A stretch of DNA of 64,000 bases from Ruminococcus bicirculans (ex Wegman et al. 2014). GTDB lineage: Bacteria; Bacillota; Clostridia; Christensenellales; DTU072. The stretch lies in NCBI GenBank assembly GCA_963642145.1, contig CAVIFU010000002.1, forward strand, positions 9,023-73,022, written 5' to 3'. The notes beneath the pieces are model-generated. The model made no database searches. It saw only the letters and a list, made by a program, of their open reading frames with translations, and had not been told where the DNA came from. The position numbers and the translations under genes are program-made. Positions 33,089-42,718 of this stretch are shown one piece after another (the stretch's first letter is position 1; every line of letters begins with the position of its first letter).

Positions 33089-33787
33089 ATGAATATAGAA
33101 AAGATATTGGAGTATCAGGCAGAGGATCTGATAATCTATAAAGCCGATCGCGAGTATGCCAACAGCGAAGAAAATCGTAGGTATGTTGATTTGCGCAACA
33201 GAGTAGCTGCGACGAGCGATCGCCTCATGAAGCTTGACAAAGAAACCGGTGCCATCTTTAAGGAATTGGAAAGGATAGACGCTCAGCTTACGTCGTTTAT
33301 CGAGACGAGCAAATCTACGCAGATTTCCGGAGCGAAGACTGTGGATCAATCCAACAAATTAATAGGCAATATAGAACGCTTGGAAACTGAATTGGACGCA
33401 ATCGATCGTGAATCGAAAAAATATTTTCAACGCCTTGCGGACATATCCAAAGACGTTAAGTTGTTGCATGGTCAATATGTCAAACTTGTAAACGAAGCAA
33501 GAGGCGCGCTGGACGCGCGTAACGCAAAGAGAGAAGAGATTCTCAAATCCATTACGCACAACGGCGTCAAATTGCAAGAGCTCAAAGCGTCACTTGACCC
33601 CGAAGATTACAAAATCTATATGCATGCAAGGCAAGCTAAAATCAAATTGCCGATAGTTGTGGAGTTTAACAACGGACATTGCTCCGGATGCGGTATGGAT
33701 ATAGGCACCGAAGTCGGTGACAAGTTGCAAAATAGCGGAGATATTGCAGAGTGTCCGCATTGCAGACGTATAGTTTATCGCAAATAA
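33089..33787 (+). CDS. Coiled-coil / C4 zinc-ribbon protein (COG1579-like, usual Nif3 neighbour)
   Basis: Long coiled-coil followed by a C-terminal CSGCGMDI...CPHCRRIVY zinc ribbon. Confidence 0.75.
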   Translation: MNIEKILEYQAEDLIIYKADREYANSEENRRYVDLRNRVAATSDRLMKLDKETGAIFKELERIDAQLTSFIETSKSTQISGAKTVDQSNKLIGNIERLETELDAIDRESKKYFQRLADISKDVKLLHGQYVKLVNEARGALDARNAKREEILKSITHNGVKLQELKASLDPEDYKIYMHARQAKIKLPIVVEFNNGHCSGCGMDIGTEVGDKLQNSGDIAECPHCRRIVYRK

Positions 33788-33827
33788 TTGAACATAAAAG
33801 CATATAATTTACCGAGGAGACTCGGTA

Positions 33828-34607
33828 ATGTTATTTTGGAAAATGAATGGGCTCGGCAACGATTACGTTTTTATAGACGTTGAGCGTTTCGCGAGCAAAA
33901 AAGAAAGACTGTACCTTGAAAACAATATCGAAAAATTTTCGCAAAAATTTTCGGATAGACATTTTGGAATAGGTAGTGACGGCGTTGTGTTAATGATGCC
34001 GTCTATTTGTGCGGACATGCGTATGCGAATATTCAATGCGGATGGCTCTGAAGGCAAAATGTGCGGAAACGCGCTCAGATGCGTATGTAAGTACTTATAC
34101 GATTCCGGCATCATCAGAGCGCGGGAATATGTCATAGAAACGGCGTCTGGAGAACGACGCGTAGACGTTGAAGTCATAGCCGGCAAAGTAGTATCCGCCG
34201 TAGCGGATATGGGCTTGCTCGAATCGAAACGCGTCGGCATAGGCGAGTACATTGTAGACGTAGGCAATAAGCATTACGTGATTATCGGAAATAAGCAAAC
34301 ACTGCCGCCCTTTTCAAAGGCAAAAAGTATTTCCGATAAGTACGACGCAAACGTTGAGTTTGCGAGTATGGAAGTCCAAAACAAGTTAGACGTTCGTGTG
34401 TACGAAAGAGGCTCGGGAGAAACTCTTGCGTGCGGAACCGGGGCTGCTGCGGCGGCATATGCCGCTGTCTTGAACGGATGTGATGCTAAAGTTATCGACG
34501 TGAACCTAAAAGGCGGACTGCTGAAAGTAAATTTTGACGGCAATCGCGCATATGTAAGCGGAGCCGTTGCGCTTAACTATATAGGCGAGGTGAGCGCGAA
34601 ACTATGA
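33828..34607 (+). CDS. dapF: Diaminopimelate epimerase
   Basis: KMNGLGNDYVFID, and catalytic Cys motifs MCGNALRC and LACGTGAAA. Confidence 0.92.
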   Translation: MLFWKMNGLGNDYVFIDVERFASKKERLYLENNIEKFSQKFSDRHFGIGSDGVVLMMPSICADMRMRIFNADGSEGKMCGNALRCVCKYLYDSGIIRAREYVIETASGERRVDVEVIAGKVVSAVADMGLLESKRVGIGEYIVDVGNKHYVIIGNKQTLPPFSKAKSISDKYDANVEFASMEVQNKLDVRVYERGSGETLACGTGAAAAAYAAVLNGCDAKVIDVNLKGGLLKVNFDGNRAYVSGAVALNYIGEVSAKL

Positions 34608-35794
34608 TACGTTTGTCAGACGGATATTCCAAAAATTCGAGTTCGAGATATTTATTCTCGGAAATAGCGCACAAAGTTTCGGACTATAAGAAGAATTGCC
34701 CGGAGCGCAATCTAATCAGATTGGATATCGGAGATGTGACGCTACCTTTACCGCAGCCCGTTACGTGCGCAATGGCAAAGGCATCCTATGAAATGTCGCA
34801 AGCATCTACTTTTCGCGGATACGGAGAGGAGCAAGGATATCTCTTCTTGCGCGAAGCCATCGCCGAGTATTATTATAGAAATACCGGCTACGTTCCGGAC
34901 GTCGGAGAAATTTTCGTTTCAGACGGCGCCAAAAGCGATATAGGCAATTTTAGAGAATTATTTCCTAAAAACGCCGTTGCCGTGATACCGAATCCGACGT
35001 ATCCCGTATACAGAGATTCCAATTTGTTGGCGAACTCCGCGATAGTCTATTCGGACGGCAATGCAAGCAATGGCTTTTTGACGATGCCGGAGTCTCTCCC
35101 CAAAGGAGCTCTCGTCTATATATGTTCGCCCAATAATCCTACGGGTGCGTCCTACAATAGGGCGCAACTTTCATGTTGGGTGGAAGCATGTATCGAGGCA
35201 GACGCGCTCATCTTGTTCGATTCGGCATATGAAGCGTTTGTAGAAGACAAAGACGTTCCACGCTCTATTTACGAAATAGATGGAGCTTCTACATGCGCGA
35301 TAGAGTTCTGTTCTCTTTCCAAGACGGTGGGCTTTACCGGAGTCAGATGCGGATATACGATAGTTCCGTACGCAATCAAAACGCGTTGCGGACACGGCGT
35401 TAACCGCGCGTGGCTTAAACGGCAAACAACAAAGTTTAACGGTGTGTCATATATTGTTCAGCGTGGCGCGCAAACCGCTTTGAGTAGGGAATGCGAACCT
35501 TATATAGCGAGCAATATTGCTTACTACAAGCAGAACGCAAAAGCGATTTTGACAGCGTTCGATAAATCGGGCATCGCTTGTTTCGGCGGTAAAAACTCGC
35601 CGTATGTGTTCGCGGATGTTCAAATCGACGATGTGGAGTTTTTCGATAAGCTACTTAGCGAGCAGGGCGTTACGGTTACGCCCGGCAGCGGATTTGGCAC
35701 TAACGGTAAATCTTACGTTAGGCTGACCGCGTTCAACACACACGAAAATACTACGGATGCGTTAACTCGTATTCGTTTGTTATTGACAAAATAA
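34604..35794 (+). CDS. dapL: LL-diaminopimelate aminotransferase (DapL type, class I/II aminotransferase)
   Basis: RYLFSEIAHKV...IRLDIGDVTLPLP N-terminus and PLP Lys motif SLSKTVGFTGVRCGY. Overlaps dapF by 4 nt. Confidence 0.8.
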   Translation: MIRLSDGYSKNSSSRYLFSEIAHKVSDYKKNCPERNLIRLDIGDVTLPLPQPVTCAMAKASYEMSQASTFRGYGEEQGYLFLREAIAEYYYRNTGYVPDVGEIFVSDGAKSDIGNFRELFPKNAVAVIPNPTYPVYRDSNLLANSAIVYSDGNASNGFLTMPESLPKGALVYICSPNNPTGASYNRAQLSCWVEACIEADALILFDSAYEAFVEDKDVPRSIYEIDGASTCAIEFCSLSKTVGFTGVRCGYTIVPYAIKTRCGHGVNRAWLKRQTTKFNGVSYIVQRGAQTALSRECEPYIASNIAYYKQNAKAILTAFDKSGIACFGGKNSPYVFADVQIDDVEFFDKLLSEQGVTVTPGSGFGTNGKSYVRLTAFNTHENTTDALTRIRLLLTK

Positions 35795-35816
35795 ATACTT
35801 TACAACGGAGGCAAAT

Positions 35817-37094
35817 ATGTCTGTTACAGTTCTTGTCGGAGCACAATTCGGCGACGAAGGAAAGGGCAAAATAGTTGACTATCTTTCCAAAGATATGGAT
35901 ATGGTCGTGCGTTTCCAAGGCGGAGATAACGCCGGTCATACGGTAGTTAATGACAAAGGTTCATTCAAACTACATCTTATTCCGTGCGGAATATTTAAGG
36001 ATGGATGCAAGGGATTGGCAAATACCGGCATGGTAATCAATCCGGATGAACTTATAAAAGAAATTGCGGAAGTCGAAAGCAAAGGCGTAAACACTTCCGA
36101 ATTGTATATCAGCGCAAGAGCTATCATGCTTATGCCGTATCACGTTGATCTTGATAGCGCGAGCGAGAAGAGCGGACGCACAAACATCGGCACTACAAAG
36201 CGTGGTATCGGATATGCATACGCGGATAGAGCGCGTCGTAATGCTCTTAGGTTCGAAAACCTCAAAGACTTGGAATACTGCGCCAAGCGCGTTTCACAAA
36301 TAATGCCCACAATTAACGCAGAGCTCACCGCTAAAGGTTGCGCGACTTATACGGAAGACGAAATCATGACAAAGATCCGTGTTTGGTCAGATAAATTGAG
36401 CGCGCGCATAGTAGAACCCGTATCGTTTGTAAACAAAGCCATCGATAGGGGAGAGAACCTCTTGTTCGAAGGTCAACTCGGAGCCATGAAAGATATAGAC
36501 CTCGGCATCTATCCGTATGTTACTTCCTCAAACCCCGTAGCGGCATATGCGGCAGTCAGCGGCGGCTTCCCAATAAGCAAAATAACGAATATTGTCGGCG
36601 TTATGAAGGCGTTTACGTCCGCGGTAGGCGACGGTGCTTTCCCCACAGAAATGAAGGACGAAAGCGAAGCAAGCTACTTCCGCGGAACCGGCGAACACAT
36701 TGACGATGAATTCGGCGCAAGAACGGGACGCGCGCGCAGACTCGGATGGCCCGATCTCGTGTTGGTAAAATATGCGGCAACCATCAATGGATTTACGAGT
36801 ATTGCAGTATGCAAAGTCGATAAATTAGACGCCGTTGACAAGATAAAAGTTTGCGTTGCGTATAAGTTGAACGGCGAGGTTATAGACTATATGCCGTCGG
36901 CAACGGAACTTGAAAAAGTGGAACCCGTTTACAAAGAAATTGACGGATGGATGACGAGCACTGCAAATATCAGACGCTATGAAGATCTTCCCGAAAATGC
37001 CAAAAAGTATATTGAGCTCATAGAAGAGGTTACCGGTACTCCCGTTAAATATATAGGAGTAGGACCCGCACACGATGAAATCATCGTAAAATAA
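35817..37094 (+). CDS. purA: Adenylosuccinate synthetase
   Basis: GAQFGDEGKGKIVD P-loop, GGDNAGHT and TTKRGIG. Confidence 0.96.
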   Translation: MSVTVLVGAQFGDEGKGKIVDYLSKDMDMVVRFQGGDNAGHTVVNDKGSFKLHLIPCGIFKDGCKGLANTGMVINPDELIKEIAEVESKGVNTSELYISARAIMLMPYHVDLDSASEKSGRTNIGTTKRGIGYAYADRARRNALRFENLKDLEYCAKRVSQIMPTINAELTAKGCATYTEDEIMTKIRVWSDKLSARIVEPVSFVNKAIDRGENLLFEGQLGAMKDIDLGIYPYVTSSNPVAAYAAVSGGFPISKITNIVGVMKAFTSAVGDGAFPTEMKDESEASYFRGTGEHIDDEFGARTGRARRLGWPDLVLVKYAATINGFTSIAVCKVDKLDAVDKIKVCVAYKLNGEVIDYMPSATELEKVEPVYKEIDGWMTSTANIRRYEDLPENAKKYIELIEEVTGTPVKYIGVGPAHDEIIVK

Positions 37095-37112
37095 AAAAAC
37101 AATATATTTTTT

Positions 37113-37142
37113 AGGACCGACGACAGTCGGTCCTATTTTTTT
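37113..37142 (+). terminator. Rho-independent terminator after purA
   Basis: 9-bp stem AGGACCGAC / GTCGGTCCT with a 4-nt loop, followed by A+TTTTTTT. Confidence 0.85.
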
Positions 37143-37146
37143 ACCG

Positions 37147-37172
37147 ATTTATGTATTCACGGATACATAAAT
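37147..37172. repeat. Perfect 10-bp inverted repeat (possible operator) upstream of the beta-galactosidase gene
   Basis: ATTTATGTAT-TCACGG-ATACATAAAT. It lies about 50-75 nt upstream of the candidate -35 box. Confidence 0.5.
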
Positions 37173-37221
37173 CAAGCATTTTAAGGAACATTCTCGACAT
37201 CGAGGCAAATCGATGTTCGGA

Positions 37222-37250
37222 TTGCATTTTTCGCGCGCGTATGATATACT
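37222..37250 (+). promoter_or_regulatory. Candidate sigmaA promoter for the lacZ-patatin-EIIC cluster
   Basis: TTGCAT (37222-37227), 17-nt spacer, TATACT (37245-37250). The RBS GGAGG is at 37274-37278. Confidence 0.45.
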
Positions 37251-37282
37251 TTAATTACTTACAACCTTTATATGGAGGCTAT

Positions 37283-40200
37283 ATGAGAAATTACTGGCGT
37301 AATGCTAAAATATATAATGTCAACAGCATTGAAAGATATGCGTCGGGCTACCCGATAGATCAGAACGGAGATTACAGAATTTGTAGTTTGAACGGCAAGT
37401 GGGATTTCAAGCTTTGTTACGGCGTGGACTCTATACCGAACGGTTTTGAACGGCCCGACGCGTCTCTTAAAGACTTTGATAAGATTGACGTTCCGAGCGA
37501 GTGGCAAATTAAGGGCTATGATACGCCGATCTATACGAACATTCATTATCCTTATGCGCTGGAATCCGTTTTTTTGCCGATGATACCGCATGTATACGGT
37601 GACAAAAACACTGTCGGATGCTATTCAAGAGAGTTTGATGTGGAAGCCGGCGGAGATAACGTATTTATTCACTTCGGCGGCGTCGGAAGCTGCGCGGAAG
37701 TATACGTGAACGGAAACTTTGTGGGATACTCCGAGGACACATTTGATTTTCAGGAGTACGACATCACCAAGTTCGTAAAAACCGGCAAGAACAAACTTTC
37801 CGTTATTGTTTACAGATACTGCACGGGAAGCTATCTTGAAGATCAAGACATGTGGCGTTTGTCCGGTATTTTCCGCGATGTCACGCTTATCTATAAACCG
37901 AAAGTAGAGATTGCCGATATGTACTTTAAGTCCGACTTATCTGACGATTTCGGATCCGCAAAATTTTCCGGCACGATAAAATTGAGCGCAAACGGTCAAA
38001 ATTTGAAGACTGCCAAGCTTAAAGTTGCGCTCATCGATAGGGCAAACGCTTCCGTACCTGTGTATGAAGACCGCATAGAACTCGGGCGCATGGATGACGG
38101 CGTGTCCATAAATGTCGACGTAGCGGCGCAGATCGACGGCATCAAGCTATGGTCGCATGAGTTCCCCAACTTGTACAGGGTGGAAGTTTCTTTGTATGAG
38201 AACGATTTATTCATCGATAAGAGGGCGTGCTCGTTCGGATTCCGCAAAATAGAAATCGTCCCGATGCAGAACGGCAAGGGACCGTACATATTGCTAAACG
38301 GCAGACCTCTTAAATTCGCAGGGGTTAATCGCCACGAGTTCCATCCCGAATACGGGCATGCCGTTCCCGTTGAACTCATAGAAAAAGACATCAAAATCTG
38401 CAAAGAAAACAACATAACCGCAATAAGGACTTCGCATTATCCCAACAGACCGGAATTCTACGAGTTGTGCGACAAGTACGGCGTATTGGTAATATGCGAA
38501 AACAATTTGGAAACTCACGGATTAAGTCTTTTTATTCCGCGCAACAACAAACGTTGGACGGAGCAATGCGTATATCGTATGCGCAACATGGTCAACACTT
38601 TCAAGAACCATCCGTGCATAGTTTGCTGGTCTCTCGGCAACGAGTCCGGTAAGGGAACGGCATTTATGGCAATGCGCAACAGTGCGCTGAAAATCGACGA
38701 TACGCGTTTTATACACTATGAGCAGGACGCTTCCGGCAAAATAAGTGATGTTCTTTCAGAAATGTACGCTAAGTTGGAAAAAATGCCGTTGATAGGAGAA
38801 AACAAACCTATTCGCCACGGCACGTATTTGTTCTGCCCGTGGGGATACGCTTTTAAGCCGGAAAAATACCGTGATTTGCCGTTTATTCAATGTGAGTATG
38901 CTCATGCGATGGGTAACAGCCTCGGTAACTTTTCCGATTATTGGGATGCGTTCAAAATGTATGATAGACTTGCCGGCGGATTTATATGGGATTTTGCGGA
39001 TCAAGCAATCAAAGTCGTTAACGACCAAGGCATAACAGAATGGCGTTACGGTGGTGATTTCGGAGACAAACCCAATGATTCGAACTTTGCTTTTAACGGA
39101 ATATTACGCGGAGACAGGAGCCCCAACCCCGCCCTGTATGAGGTGCGTAAACAATATCAACAAATAGACATCGCGCTTATAGACGGTGAAATAGTGTTCT
39201 ACAACAGATACATGTTTACCAATCTTTTGCGTTTTGAATGCAAGCTTGAACTTACTATAGACGGCGAGCATGCAGACGAAACGACGTTGCCGATGCCGGA
39301 AGCCGCGCCCGGAGAATTCGGAAGGATAGCGCTTCCTCTCGATTTCGACTTTGGCAAGAGCGAAGCGTCTCTCATCGTCAGCGTAGTTACCAAAGAGGAC
39401 GAGTCTTTTGCCAAGGCAGGTAGAGTAGTTGCATATGAGCAGTTCTTCCTGCAACCATACGATTACACTTTGCCGAAAGCAGAGGGCGATAGCTATTACA
39501 GCGAGACCGATGCGGAAATAGTCATAAGTTTCGGCGTGTGTAGAGCAATTATCGATAAGAAAACGGGCAATATCCTAAGCATAAGCAAGTCTAATGAAGA
39601 GAAACTCAAAGAGCCGTTCAGACTTGACTTTTATCGAGCGACAATCGATAATGACAGACTGCCGCAAGTGGATATTGCTATTGCAAAGTGGTATATGGGC
39701 GTAGGTAAATTCAAAAATGCACAAAAGCATTTGCGCGTCAAACGCACCAACGTATACGTCAAAGACGGCAAAGTATCGGTGGCAATAGACTGGCATATGC
39801 CCTACATCAGAGAAATGCGCACGCTGTATCGCTTTAACGGAGAGGGCAGCATAGATGTAGAGATGTCGCTTATTCCGAAAGCCGAACTCGAGCGATACGG
39901 CTTCACATTTGCATTGAGAGACGGCATAGACGGCGTATCGTTCTATGGGAAGGGTCCGTTTGAAAACTATTGCGACAGGGCTTCCGCAGCGATAGTAAGG
40001 ACATATCGCGGAGTGGCTGAAGACTTCTTGCATGATTACCTATATCCGCAGGAGAACGGGAACCATACGGAAATACGCTGGTTGGATGTCGGAGGAGACA
40101 AGGGATTCCGTATACTTGCTTGCGACAAACCGTTTGAAGCGAGCGTTCATCCGTATACGACTGACATGCTTGACGAGGCAAAACATCTTCATGAGTTGCA

Positions 40201-40345
40201 AGGGCTCGATTATTTAACGGTCAACATTGACGGCAGACAACGCGGCGTCGGCGGAGACGTACCGGCACTTGCAAGCCTCAAACCGCAATATAAGATATTG
40301 CCGCGGAGCGCACAACACGTTAAATTCAGAATAATCGTCAAATGA
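37283..40345 (+). CDS. lacZ: Beta-galactosidase, glycoside hydrolase family 2 (LacZ type)
   Basis: Acid/base motif WSLGNESG and nucleophile motif QCEYAHAMGNS, plus a C-terminal small-chain domain (YRATIDNDR, PQENGNHT). The ORF-track start at 37151 was trimmed to the ATG at 37283. Confidence 0.92.
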   Translation: MRNYWRNAKIYNVNSIERYASGYPIDQNGDYRICSLNGKWDFKLCYGVDSIPNGFERPDASLKDFDKIDVPSEWQIKGYDTPIYTNIHYPYALESVFLPMIPHVYGDKNTVGCYSREFDVEAGGDNVFIHFGGVGSCAEVYVNGNFVGYSEDTFDFQEYDITKFVKTGKNKLSVIVYRYCTGSYLEDQDMWRLSGIFRDVTLIYKPKVEIADMYFKSDLSDDFGSAKFSGTIKLSANGQNLKTAKLKVALIDRANASVPVYEDRIELGRMDDGVSINVDVAAQIDGIKLWSHEFPNLYRVEVSLYENDLFIDKRACSFGFRKIEIVPMQNGKGPYILLNGRPLKFAGVNRHEFHPEYGHAVPVELIEKDIKICKENNITAIRTSHYPNRPEFYELCDKYGVLVICENNLETHGLSLFIPRNNKRWTEQCVYRMRNMVNTFKNHPCIVCWSLGNESGKGTAFMAMRNSALKIDDTRFIHYEQDASGKISDVLSEMYAKLEKMPLIGENKPIRHGTYLFCPWGYAFKPEKYRDLPFIQCEYAHAMGNSLGNFSDYWDAFKMYDRLAGGFIWDFADQAIKVVNDQGITEWRYGGDFGDKPNDSNFAFNGILRGDRSPNPALYEVRKQYQQIDIALIDGEIVFYNRYMFTNLLRFECKLELTIDGEHADETTLPMPEAAPGEFGRIALPLDFDFGKSEASLIVSVVTKEDESFAKAGRVVAYEQFFLQPYDYTLPKAEGDSYYSETDAEIVISFGVCRAIIDKKTGNILSISKSNEEKLKEPFRLDFYRATIDNDRLPQVDIAIAKWYMGVGKFKNAQKHLRVKRTNVYVKDGKVSVAIDWHMPYIREMRTLYRFNGEGSIDVEMSLIPKAELERYGFTFALRDGIDGVSFYGKGPFENYCDRASAAIVRTYRGVAEDFLHDYLYPQENGNHTEIRWLDVGGDKGFRILACDKPFEASVHPYTTDMLDEAKHLHELQGLDYLTVNIDGRQRGVGGDVPALASLKPQYKILPRSAQHVKFRIIVK

Positions 40346-41481
40346 GATACGGATTGGTACTTGAGGGCGGAGGCGCGAAAGGCGCTTTCCATGTCGGCGC
40401 TGTCAAGGCTTTGCGCGAGAAAGGATATGAGTTCGGCGGTGTAACCGGGACTTCTATCGGTGCGCTTAACGGAGCCATGATTGCGCAAGACGATTTTGAT
40501 CTTTTGTACGAGATATGGTGCAATGCGATGCCGTCTATGCTCATTGACGCCAACGACGAGATACTTGAACGTATACTCGGAGGGGCGCGAGATAAAGAGT
40601 CGCTCAAGTACATGATCAAATTGGCAAAGTCTTTTGTCGCGAACAGAGGCGTGCCGATAGATCGCGCACAAGGCTTTATAAACACCTACATAGATGAAGA
40701 CAAATTGCGCAAGTCTCCTATAGATTACGGACTTGTGACGGTTTCTACATCTGACAATTGGGAAGCTCTCGAAGTGTTCAAAGAAGATATACCGTACGGC
40801 ATGCTCAAACAGTATATTTTGGCAAGCGCGTATTTTCCGATTTTTAACCGTCCGACCATAGACGGGAAGTCGTTCATAGACGGTGGCGTATATAATAATT
40901 GCCCCGTAAATCCGCTGATATACAAAGGTTATACGAATATTATCGCCGTTAGAACGGGGAGCAAGATGCCGTCACGTAAAGTGGTTGACGGAACTGTTTC
41001 CGTGAGTTATATCAATCCCTCGGAATCGCTCGGAAAAACATTGGATTTTCGCAATGAGCACGTCAAATACAATTTGAATCTCGGATACTATGACGCATTG
41101 CGTTTTACGGATAAACTCATAGGCAAGAAATACTATGTAAAGCATACGCCGAAAGCGGAAGTGATCAATTATTTTGAAAACTTAGATTATAAAGTTTACG
41201 AAGATTGGGCAAATGCACTTGGCGTTAACGGCAATAAAAGGGAATTAATGTCGCGCGTGATAGAGTATATCGCAAACAAAATGGAACTCGATAGCGGAAT
41301 CGACTCGGTAGAAACGCTTGTCAGACTATTGGAAACGGTAGCCGACGGATGCGGTATAGAAAGGTTCCGTATTTATTCCGTAATTGAATTTGTAGAAGCT
41401 ATACGTCGGGCAAATGCGCCTATGACCGAAATACTCGGAGATATCGCAATAACTCAAATTGTGACTGCACTGAAAAAATAA
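40342..41481 (+). CDS. Patatin-like phospholipase with a C-terminal extension of about 120 aa
   Basis: Oxyanion motif GGGAKGAFHVG, nucleophile GTSIG (GxSxG) and catalytic Asp in IDGGVYNN. The ATG overlaps the lacZ TGA (ATGA). Confidence 0.87.
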   Translation: MRYGLVLEGGGAKGAFHVGAVKALREKGYEFGGVTGTSIGALNGAMIAQDDFDLLYEIWCNAMPSMLIDANDEILERILGGARDKESLKYMIKLAKSFVANRGVPIDRAQGFINTYIDEDKLRKSPIDYGLVTVSTSDNWEALEVFKEDIPYGMLKQYILASAYFPIFNRPTIDGKSFIDGGVYNNCPVNPLIYKGYTNIIAVRTGSKMPSRKVVDGTVSVSYINPSESLGKTLDFRNEHVKYNLNLGYYDALRFTDKLIGKKYYVKHTPKAEVINYFENLDYKVYEDWANALGVNGNKRELMSRVIEYIANKMELDSGIDSVETLVRLLETVADGCGIERFRIYSVIEFVEAIRRANAPMTEILGDIAITQIVTALKK

Positions 41482-41495
41482 AAGGAACTAATTTT

Positions 41496-42716
41496 ATGGA
41501 TAAACCCGAAAACGAAGACGCCGTTGTACAACAAACCGAAAATACGACTGCCGATCATGCGGACACGGAAAGCCGGGATGTAGACAAACGAAAAGGCAAC
41601 AGAAACGTCAAAGCAACCGTCAAAAAGCTTGCCAAGAGATGGTTTATAGACGCTTTTACCGGGATGGCACAAGGATTGTTCTGTACTCTGATAGCAGGTA
41701 CGATACTTGCGCAGTTTGGCGTATGGATAACCGCCGCCGGTACGGCAGCCGGTATTGCTGTCGGGAAATTCATAACATCCGTTGCCAATATAGCTAAATG
41801 CCTTATGGGCGCCGGTATCGGCATAGGCATGGCGAACAGACTCAACGCGCCGAAACTCGTTATGTTTACGGCGGGAGTTGCCGGTATGGCAGGAGCCTTC
41901 GCAGATAAAATAATCGGGGGTGCGTTGACTGCGTCGTTTTTGCCCGGCAATCCCATCGGCGCGTATGTTGTTGCGCTTATAGCAATAGAACTTGGAATTC
42001 TGATAAGCGGCAAAACGAAGGTGGATATTGTTGTTGTTCCGCTGTCTATGATGATAATATCGATGTTTGGGATGTTTGTCGCATGGCCCTTCATCAAAGC
42101 TATCGATTATGTCGGTAAAGGAATAGCGCTTGCCACAAATATAGCGCCCGTATCCATGGGTATCATAGTTTCCGTCGTTATGGGCATAATACTAACGCTT
42201 CCGACATCTTCTGCCGCGATGTGGGTGGCGATCGCTACTCCGGTTATCGCTACCGGCAATGCGGAGATGGTAGACGCCATGCTGTTGGCAGGCGGCGCGG
42301 CAACGGTAGGTTGTGCTTGCCAAATGGTCGGCTTTGCCGTTCAAAGTTATAGAGAAAACGGAGTGGGCGGACTTATAGCGCAGGGACTCGGAACAAGTAT
42401 GTTGCAGATACCTAACCTAATGCGTCATCCTTTGATTATGGTGCCTCCGATTGTTGCAAGCGCCATAGCCGGGCCTCTTGCAACGGCAGTATTCGGATTG
42501 CGTTGCGGTGCCGCCGGCGGAGGAATGGGGACTTCCGGTTTAGTGGGCGTTTTCGATACGATTTCGGCATCGGTAGGGGTTATCTCGGATTGGAAGATCG
42601 GAGTAGGTATAACGTTATGTATGTTTGTAATTCCTGCCGTTGTATGCTTTTTCGTCAGCGAAGGCATGCGTAAACTCGGTTGGATAAAGAAAGATGATAT
42701 GAAACTTGAACTTTAG
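41496..42716 (+). CDS. Polytopic membrane protein, PTS EIIC-like (PTS_EIIC_2-type), with no EIIA/EIIB partner
   Basis: Hydrophilic 45-aa N-terminus followed by at least 9 hydrophobic segments. FIDAFTGMAQGLFCTLIAGTIL, GLGTSMLQIPN and GMGTSGLVG resemble the EIIC_2 family as I remember it. This assignment needs an HMM search. Confidence 0.55.
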   Translation: MDKPENEDAVVQQTENTTADHADTESRDVDKRKGNRNVKATVKKLAKRWFIDAFTGMAQGLFCTLIAGTILAQFGVWITAAGTAAGIAVGKFITSVANIAKCLMGAGIGIGMANRLNAPKLVMFTAGVAGMAGAFADKIIGGALTASFLPGNPIGAYVVALIAIELGILISGKTKVDIVVVPLSMMIISMFGMFVAWPFIKAIDYVGKGIALATNIAPVSMGIIVSVVMGIILTLPTSSAAMWVAIATPVIATGNAEMVDAMLLAGGAATVGCACQMVGFAVQSYRENGVGGLIAQGLGTSMLQIPNLMRHPLIMVPPIVASAIAGPLATAVFGLRCGAAGGGMGTSGLVGVFDTISASVGVISDWKIGVGITLCMFVIPAVVCFFVSEGMRKLGWIKKDDMKLEL

Positions 42717-42718
42717 GT

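Noticed and set aside
40342-41481. The patatin-like lipase as a CBASS (CapV-like) or other defence effector.
   Set aside because: There is no CD-NTase, SMODS, SAVED, E1/E2/JAB or other signalling gene nearby. The gene is translationally coupled to lacZ and resembles housekeeping RssA/YlbK-type patatins.
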